Below are positions 59,265-64,000 of a stretch of DNA of 64,000 nucleotides, piece after piece. Position 1 is the first letter of the stretch, and every line of letters starts with the position of its first letter. The stretch is taken from positions 1,521 to 65,520 of the forward strand of contig CAZYTF010000001.1 of assembly GCA_964649535.1 (NCBI GenBank). The letters run 5' to 3'. The position numbers and the translations under genes were made by a program. The notes beneath the pieces are model-generated. The model searched no databases. It was not told where the DNA came from and saw nothing but the letters and a program-made list of their open reading frames with translations. This stretch comes from an uncultured Candidatus Saccharibacteria bacterium (GTDB lineage: Bacteria; Patescibacteriota; Minisyncoccia; Phycocordibacterales; UBA918).

Positions 59265-60653
59265 ATGGAAAACGTTGTTACGCTGCCAGTATTAAAAGGG
59301 CAAGGGTTTATCCTGCGCCATTTTGAATCAAACGACGCTGCTTCGCTGCAGCATCACCTCAACGATGAACGAGTGGCTCGCAAAGTGAGTCATATACCGT
59401 TTCCGTATACCATCGACCATGCACGAGATTGGATTTCTCGTACTGAAAGTTCAGTGTGCCTTAATTCCAATCGTATCGATTTTGTAATCGACATTGGCGG
59501 CGAAGCCGTGGGCTCAGTTGCCTTCATCAATATCGAAGGACATAAAGCTCAGTTGAGTTACTGGCTTAGTCCTGACTACTGGGGCAAGGGTATTGTCTCT
59601 GAGGCAGTGAAATTACTGCTCAGCTTTGGCTTTGTGATGCTGCCGCTTGAACGTGCCTATGGGTACGTATATAGCGAAAATACTGCTTCCGCCCGTGTGC
59701 TCCAAAAGTGTGGCTTTCGTTTTGAAGGTACACATAATCGAGAGTGGCGTAAGGTGATTGACGAAGAAGTGAAATTCTTCGATTCAAACTTTTATGCCGT
59801 ACTCCGGTCTGACGTGTTTCGGGAAGTTCGTGATGTGGTTGTATTCAAGTCTGACACTGAGGAGTCCGATCTCGCAAGTAAGGGGTTGGCACGTCAGCTC
59901 AGTGAGGTTGGTGTTAAGGTTCAGATAGCACATCGTGCCGATGAACTCACCGCTCCATTCAGTCTTGCCATTTCTGTGGGTGGTGATGGACAAATGATGA
60001 GAACTGTCCACACCATGTCGCCACTTTCTGTGCCAACTCTGGGCCTTAACGCCGGTAATGTTGGGTTTTTGACGAGTGCGAGAGTTAATCCCCTTGGGGT
60101 GAACCAGTCAGTGTTTCAGCGGATAGTTCAGGGAAACTTTCAGGTCGAACAGCGTCTGGGCATTCAATTTGAATTTGAAGGGCAGTCCTATGGCCCATTT
60201 TCTAATGAGGTTTTACTCAAAGTACCCAAGGGTATGGCGAGTTATGTCCTTAGCGTAAACCAAGAACAAGTATATGCGGACATGGCAGCTGACGGTATTC
60301 TTTTGGCAACAGCAACTGGTTCAACTGGATATAACACCGCTGCTGGAGGACCGATTATTTGGCCTGATTCTCGCAGTGTGGTTGCAACCGCTCTGAATCC
60401 GACAACGTTCAATGTGCGTCCGATTGTGTTTGGTCAACTTGCACAAGGAGGGGAAATATCACTTGGCGTAGCGAAACTGCACCATGATATTGAACCAGTT
60501 GTGTCCGCAGATGGAAAAGATCAGCTTGAAGGAAAAGGGTTGCGCTCGGGCGATGGGGTGGTGATACGTAGGTACCCTCGTCCAATGCTCTTTGCAACGT
60601 TTGGAAGTAGTTCATACCTCCATGCATTAAAAGAAAAAAAGGGATTTATGTAA
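59265..60653 (+). CDS. nadK: Fusion: GNAT (RimL-like) N-acetyltransferase plus NAD kinase
   Basis: GNAT motif A (GYWLSPDYWGKGIVSEA) at the N-terminus. NAD kinase motifs GGDGQMM, NAGNVGFL and ATATGSTGYNTAAGGPI at the C-terminus. Confidence 0.75.
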   Translation: MENVVTLPVLKGQGFILRHFESNDAASLQHHLNDERVARKVSHIPFPYTIDHARDWISRTESSVCLNSNRIDFVIDIGGEAVGSVAFINIEGHKAQLSYWLSPDYWGKGIVSEAVKLLLSFGFVMLPLERAYGYVYSENTASARVLQKCGFRFEGTHNREWRKVIDEEVKFFDSNFYAVLRSDVFREVRDVVVFKSDTEESDLASKGLARQLSEVGVKVQIAHRADELTAPFSLAISVGGDGQMMRTVHTMSPLSVPTLGLNAGNVGFLTSARVNPLGVNQSVFQRIVQGNFQVEQRLGIQFEFEGQSYGPFSNEVLLKVPKGMASYVLSVNQEQVYADMAADGILLATATGSTGYNTAAGGPIIWPDSRSVVATALNPTTFNVRPIVFGQLAQGGEISLGVAKLHHDIEPVVSADGKDQLEGKGLRSGDGVVIRRYPRPMLFATFGSSSYLHALKEKKGFM

Positions 60654-60665
60654 ACTTAAGAAGAT

Positions 60666-60693
60666 GGGCGGCGAGTAACACACGCCGCCCTTT
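60666..60693 (+). terminator. Intrinsic terminator
   Basis: gggcggcg-(10 nt)-cgccgccc followed by TTTT. Confidence 0.5.
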
Positions 60694-60877
60694 TATATAC
60701 ACCATACATAGTGTCGGCTTGAAATTAAGAATTAATAGTATAAGATAGTGTCAGATATACACAAAGTAACGTATGGTAGTTCATTGAAACCTGAGCGGGA
60801 ACATAGACAAAACGCCATTTTAATGGTACTTTTCGACGAAATTGTACATCGCTCTTATAGAAAAACAGGAGAAAGAC

Positions 60878-61501
60878 ATGGCTAAAGTTAACAACTCATT
60901 GAACCACCAAATGTTCAAGCTTGCAGCTCCCGGCGCAGGTGCGATGGTCTTCCAGGAGTTGGATTCGAATACGTTTCGCGTTCTCCTCGCTATGAGGACA
61001 GCGCTTGTCGGACTGGGGCTTGGTATTACAGGCGGTGGGTTCATCGAATGTGGCGCTATCGACGCTCTGCAAGTGGACACCATCATTCAGACAGCTGATG
61101 AGGCCTATCGTGAGTTGTGTCAAGAGAATCTCGGCTTTGAAAATGTTGTTGATATTGATACATTCCTGCTTCACGCGCAGCCTATTGCACTCGTACATGC
61201 TCGTACAAATGACGTTAACCGCGTCCATTCTGTCAACATGTATGGCTTTCGTGCAAACGATAGCCAGTGGAACAGGATTGCTGCGCTTGAACCGGGTCTC
61301 GACAAAGAACGTACCGGACCGCTGCTTGAACACATTGTGCGATGGAAAGGGAAAATCGACCGTCGCGAGCCAGAGCGGTTTGTAACGATTGAGGATGCGC
61401 GTGGCAGATTCCTTGAACGCCATGACTTTCACCACAAGCATGAAATGCACACTGTTGCCTCAATTGCGTGGCATGCTCAAAATGGACGGCTGTTGCCCTA
61501 G
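60878..61501 (+). CDS. Hypothetical protein inside the NAD-salvage cluster
   Basis: GGAG ribosome-binding site 6 nt upstream of ATG 60878. 207 aa with no family recognised. A long antisense ORF is rejected. Confidence 0.45.
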   Translation: MAKVNNSLNHQMFKLAAPGAGAMVFQELDSNTFRVLLAMRTALVGLGLGITGGGFIECGAIDALQVDTIIQTADEAYRELCQENLGFENVVDIDTFLLHAQPIALVHARTNDVNRVHSVNMYGFRANDSQWNRIAALEPGLDKERTGPLLEHIVRWKGKIDRREPERFVTIEDARGRFLERHDFHHKHEMHTVASIAWHAQNGRLLP

Positions 61502-61510
61502 GAGTAAACC

Positions 61511-62170
61511 ATGTTGAAAAAAAGAGTAGGGATTCTCGGAACCTCCGCGAATCCCTTGCATGAGGGTCATGTCGCCCTCGCGCTTGAAGCACTTGCTGTT
61601 GCGCAGCTTGATGAAGTCCTTTTTATGGTCAACCAAAATCCATTTAAGGAGGTCAACGGCTTTGCACCAGTTGCGCATCGTTTGCACCTTGCTCATCTTG
61701 GGGTGCGCGCAAGTGGTCATCTCGGTAATGGTTTGAAAGTAAGTGAGTTCGAAGTGGTACTTCGTCAACTGGGCACTGAGAATGCAACAGCAGTAATGCT
61801 CGCACATTTTTCAAAGGCATATCCTGAACTCCAGCCAGTCTGGATGATGGGCACTGATAACTTTGTGTCTCTGCATACGTGGGGCGGTTGGCGCGACATC
61901 ATGGAGAAATACCCCGTTGTTGTGTTTGGACGCGATCAGAGCAGAGACGTTGCTCAGTATTCGATTGCTGCTACACAGTATCAGACACATGAGCGTGACG
62001 TCGTAAATTTTGATTGCGAACCTGGCACCTGGTGTTTTGTCGATGGAGTTTCTCACCTCGCATCGTCGACCTTGATTCGGGAGGCGTTGCTTCGGAAGGA
62101 GAAGCCCGAGTTCATTTGTGATGAGGCTGTTGCGTATATTCGAAAGTATCAACTATTCGGATGTGTGTGA
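61511..62170 (+). CDS. nadD: Nicotinate-nucleotide adenylyltransferase (NadD-like cytidylyltransferase fold)
   Basis: GILGTSANPLHEGH, a (H/T)xGH motif variant. About 220 aa. Confidence 0.7.
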   Translation: MLKKRVGILGTSANPLHEGHVALALEALAVAQLDEVLFMVNQNPFKEVNGFAPVAHRLHLAHLGVRASGHLGNGLKVSEFEVVLRQLGTENATAVMLAHFSKAYPELQPVWMMGTDNFVSLHTWGGWRDIMEKYPVVVFGRDQSRDVAQYSIAATQYQTHERDVVNFDCEPGTWCFVDGVSHLASSTLIREALLRKEKPEFICDEAVAYIRKYQLFGCV

Positions 62171-62176
62171 TGAGAT

Positions 62177-62267
62177 TCAGAAATTCTCATACCTGTCCGA
62201 CGACGCGAACCTCGCGCCGTCGGACACTATTGAGAGTTCCAGAGTTGGAATTCGTGGACGTTCTTTA
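62177..62267 (+). repeat. Copy 1 of a 91-nt structured element (GC-rich hairpin core gtccgacgacgcgaacctcgcgccgtcggac)
   Basis: Identical at 90 of 91 positions to 63139..63229. Starts right after the nadD stop and ends about 25 nt before the pncA-like start. Confidence 0.5.
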
Positions 62268-62292
62268 CAAGAGAAAAAAGGAGTAAGTCAAA

Positions 62293-63123
62293 ATGATACG
62301 TCGTCTTGCATTTATTATAGACCCACAAAATATGTTCATGACGTTGCCAGGAATGCCGTTGCCGGTGTTTGGTGCTGACCAGGACATGCTGCGTGTTGCA
62401 GTACGTCTGTTGCTCTATCCATTCTATTATGACGAAATCGTGGTTACGCTCGATACACACACTGAAGATCATATCGGGCACCCCGGACGGTGGTTGAATG
62501 ACCAGGGTCAGCAACCTCTGCCATTTACCGTTATTACTTCGGCTGAATACGAGGCAGGGAAGTGGTGTGCGGCCGATCCAGCGGACCAGGTATGGCAAGG
62601 TGACTACCTGCGACTGCTTGAAGCAACTGGTCGTGTGCATACTGTCTGGCCAGTGCATGGTCGGAAAGGTCATTTCGAACATAAGGTGTACAAGCCTCTG
62701 AAAGCCGCACTCGATACGTGGGAGCGCATTACTGGCAAGAAGGTGCGGTACATCGAAAAAGGTATGCATCGTGACACTGAGCAGTTTGGCGTGTTTGGTG
62801 CAAATGTCCCAATCACTGGAGCATCTGAGACAGAAATCAACATGGAACTGCTTGGCGAAGTAAACAGCTTCGATGCAACCCACTACTTTGGTGAAGCTTC
62901 CAGTCATTGTGCAAAGGACTCTGTTACACAGAACCTTGCGCATATACCTGAAGTTGATTTCTCCAAGTACACAGTCTTCCGTGACTGTATGTCGCCTGTT
63001 GCTGCAGTGGTTGATGAAAAAACTGGTGACGTGATTGTTGACTTTCCTGCACAAGCTGAAGCATGGTTTCATGAGCTGCAGGCAAAAGGAGTCAATGTCG
63101 TTAAGGCCGAAGATTACTTTTGA
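62293..63123 (+). CDS. pncA: Isochorismatase-family nicotinamidase-like protein
   Basis: LAFIIDPQNMF (compare IVDVQNDF), TLDTHTEDH, VWPVH, and catalytic-Cys context GEASSHCAKDSV (compare ATDHCV). Confidence 0.6.
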   Translation: MIRRLAFIIDPQNMFMTLPGMPLPVFGADQDMLRVAVRLLLYPFYYDEIVVTLDTHTEDHIGHPGRWLNDQGQQPLPFTVITSAEYEAGKWCAADPADQVWQGDYLRLLEATGRVHTVWPVHGRKGHFEHKVYKPLKAALDTWERITGKKVRYIEKGMHRDTEQFGVFGANVPITGASETEINMELLGEVNSFDATHYFGEASSHCAKDSVTQNLAHIPEVDFSKYTVFRDCMSPVAAVVDEKTGDVIVDFPAQAEAWFHELQAKGVNVVKAEDYF

Positions 63124-63138
63124 CACCTGAGCAATTTC

Positions 63139-63229
63139 TCAGAAATTCTCATGCCTGTCCGACGACGCGAACCTCGCGCCGTCGGACACTATTGAGAGTT
63201 CCAGAGTTGGAATTCGTGGACGTTCTTTA
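63139..63229 (+). repeat. Copy 2 of the 91-nt structured element
   Basis: Same sequence as copy 1. Starts 15 nt after the pncA-like stop and ends about 32 nt before the pncB start. Confidence 0.5.
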
Positions 63230-63261
63230 ACAATTGAATAGAGAGAAACAGGAGTGAAACG

Positions 63262-64000
63262 ATGATTAAGAATCTGCTCTGGAATCCTGACGTGCCGATT
63301 GTCCGCCGTGCGGATGAAAACGACGTATACAAGATTCTGATGATGTATCTCATTTGGAAGTACTATCCGAATCTTCGTGTGAAGTTTGGTTTCAAAAATC
63401 GCACAAAGACAGTTGTATTGTCAGAGTATGTTGATCTGCTTGAACTGCAGGAACAGCTTCGCGAAACTGCAAAACTTCAGTTCACTGAAGAGATTATCGC
63501 AGTGTATCGTACCTGGGATATGTTCCCTGAAGATTTTCTTCAGGCACTTGCAGACATCAAGCTTTCTGCACCAACGGTGTACAAGGAAGATGGACAGCTG
63601 AAGATTGATATCGAAGGTCTTTGGTTTGAAGTGACCCTCTGGGAGATTTATATTCTATGTACGGTTTCTGAGTTGTATGGTCGAGCACGTGCGCGTGCCG
63701 AAAGTATAACTGAGGCAGCACTGTGGAAACAGGGCAATATCCTGCTGAGTGAAAAGATTAAGCTTTTCAAGGCAAATCCTGATTTGCGTATTGCGCAGTT
63801 TGGTCTGCGCCGTCGCTTCAGTGTGCTTTGGGAAGACCACATTACTGAGCGTCTATTGACCGAATGTCCTGGTGTCATCACTGGGGTATCCAACATGTAT
63901 ATTGCGGACAAGTTCGGAATGCCTGCACAGGGTACCAATGCTCACGAATTGCCTATGGCTCTTACGGCGCTTGCGCGTCATGAAGGTCCAGAAGCAATGC
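63262..64000 (+). CDS. pncB: Nicotinate phosphoribosyltransferase (N-terminal part; runs off the window)
   Basis: DVYKILMMY... and GTNAHE near the window end. Open reading frame to position 64000. Confidence 0.8.
   Translation, partial: MIKNLLWNPDVPIVRRADENDVYKILMMYLIWKYYPNLRVKFGFKNRTKTVVLSEYVDLLELQEQLRETAKLQFTEEIIAVYRTWDMFPEDFLQALADIKLSAPTVYKEDGQLKIDIEGLWFEVTLWEIYILCTVSELYGRARARAESITEAALWKQGNILLSEKIKLFKANPDLRIAQFGLRRRFSVLWEDHITERLLTECPGVITGVSNMYIADKFGMPAQGTNAHELPMALTALARHEGPEAM

Noticed and set aside
60896-61450. 184-aa minus-strand ORF opposite the 60878..61501 gene
   Set aside because: The plus-strand frame has a GGAG ribosome-binding site, fits the co-directional operon, and reads as globular. 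The minus frame is Cys/Lys-rich without a ribosome-binding site.
62227-63126. 299-aa minus-strand ORF opposite the pncA-like gene
   Set aside because: The plus-strand product has isochorismatase/nicotinamidase motifs. The minus product is Cys-rich with no motifs.
1-64000. CRISPR arrays, IS elements and integrases
   Set aside because: No spaced direct repeats, transposase or recombinase homologues were seen. The only exact repeat found is the 91-nt pair in the NAD operon.

Overview
This window looks like a small-genome, CPR/Patescibacteria-like bacterium: about 42% GC, standard genetic code, no L30 gene between rpsE and rplO, and lineage-specific extensions on several ribosomal proteins. The backbone is the conserved str/S10/spc ribosomal-protein cluster (rpsL-rpsG ... 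fusA-tuf-rpsJ-rplCDWB-rpsS-rplV-rpsC-rplP-rpmC-rpsQ-rplNXE-rpsNH-rplFR-rpsE-rplO-secY-adk-map). It is broken in at least five places by insertions, each with its own intrinsic terminators and sigma70-like promoters. The insertions are a 15.7-kb accessory block between rpsG and fusA; an AI-2E transporter gene between rpsJ and rplC; three opposite-strand small genes between rplB and rpsS; a higher-GC hflK plus truncated hflC island between rplE and rpsN; and a cmk-like gene between secY and adk. The 5' end carries tpiA', pgk, a HIT protein, recJ, RNase H, a ComEC core gene that is separated from its metallo-beta-lactamase domain gene, sodA, rpmB and an M50 protease. The 3' end (54.9-64 kb) is a nucleotide/NAD-salvage neighbourhood: a SET-domain protein, an NrtR-like Nudix regulator, an APRT-Nudix fusion, prs, a TrmB-like regulator, a GNAT-NAD-kinase fusion, nadD, a pncA-like gene and pncB'. 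The most striking unexplained signal is a 91-nt GC-rich structured element present twice at 98.9% identity, immediately upstream of the pncA-like gene and of pncB inside that operon. I propose it as a candidate novel NAD-pathway cis-regulatory RNA or operator. No tRNA, rRNA or CRISPR array was recognised. Coordinates of hand-called start codons, terminators and promoters are approximate to a few nucleotides.
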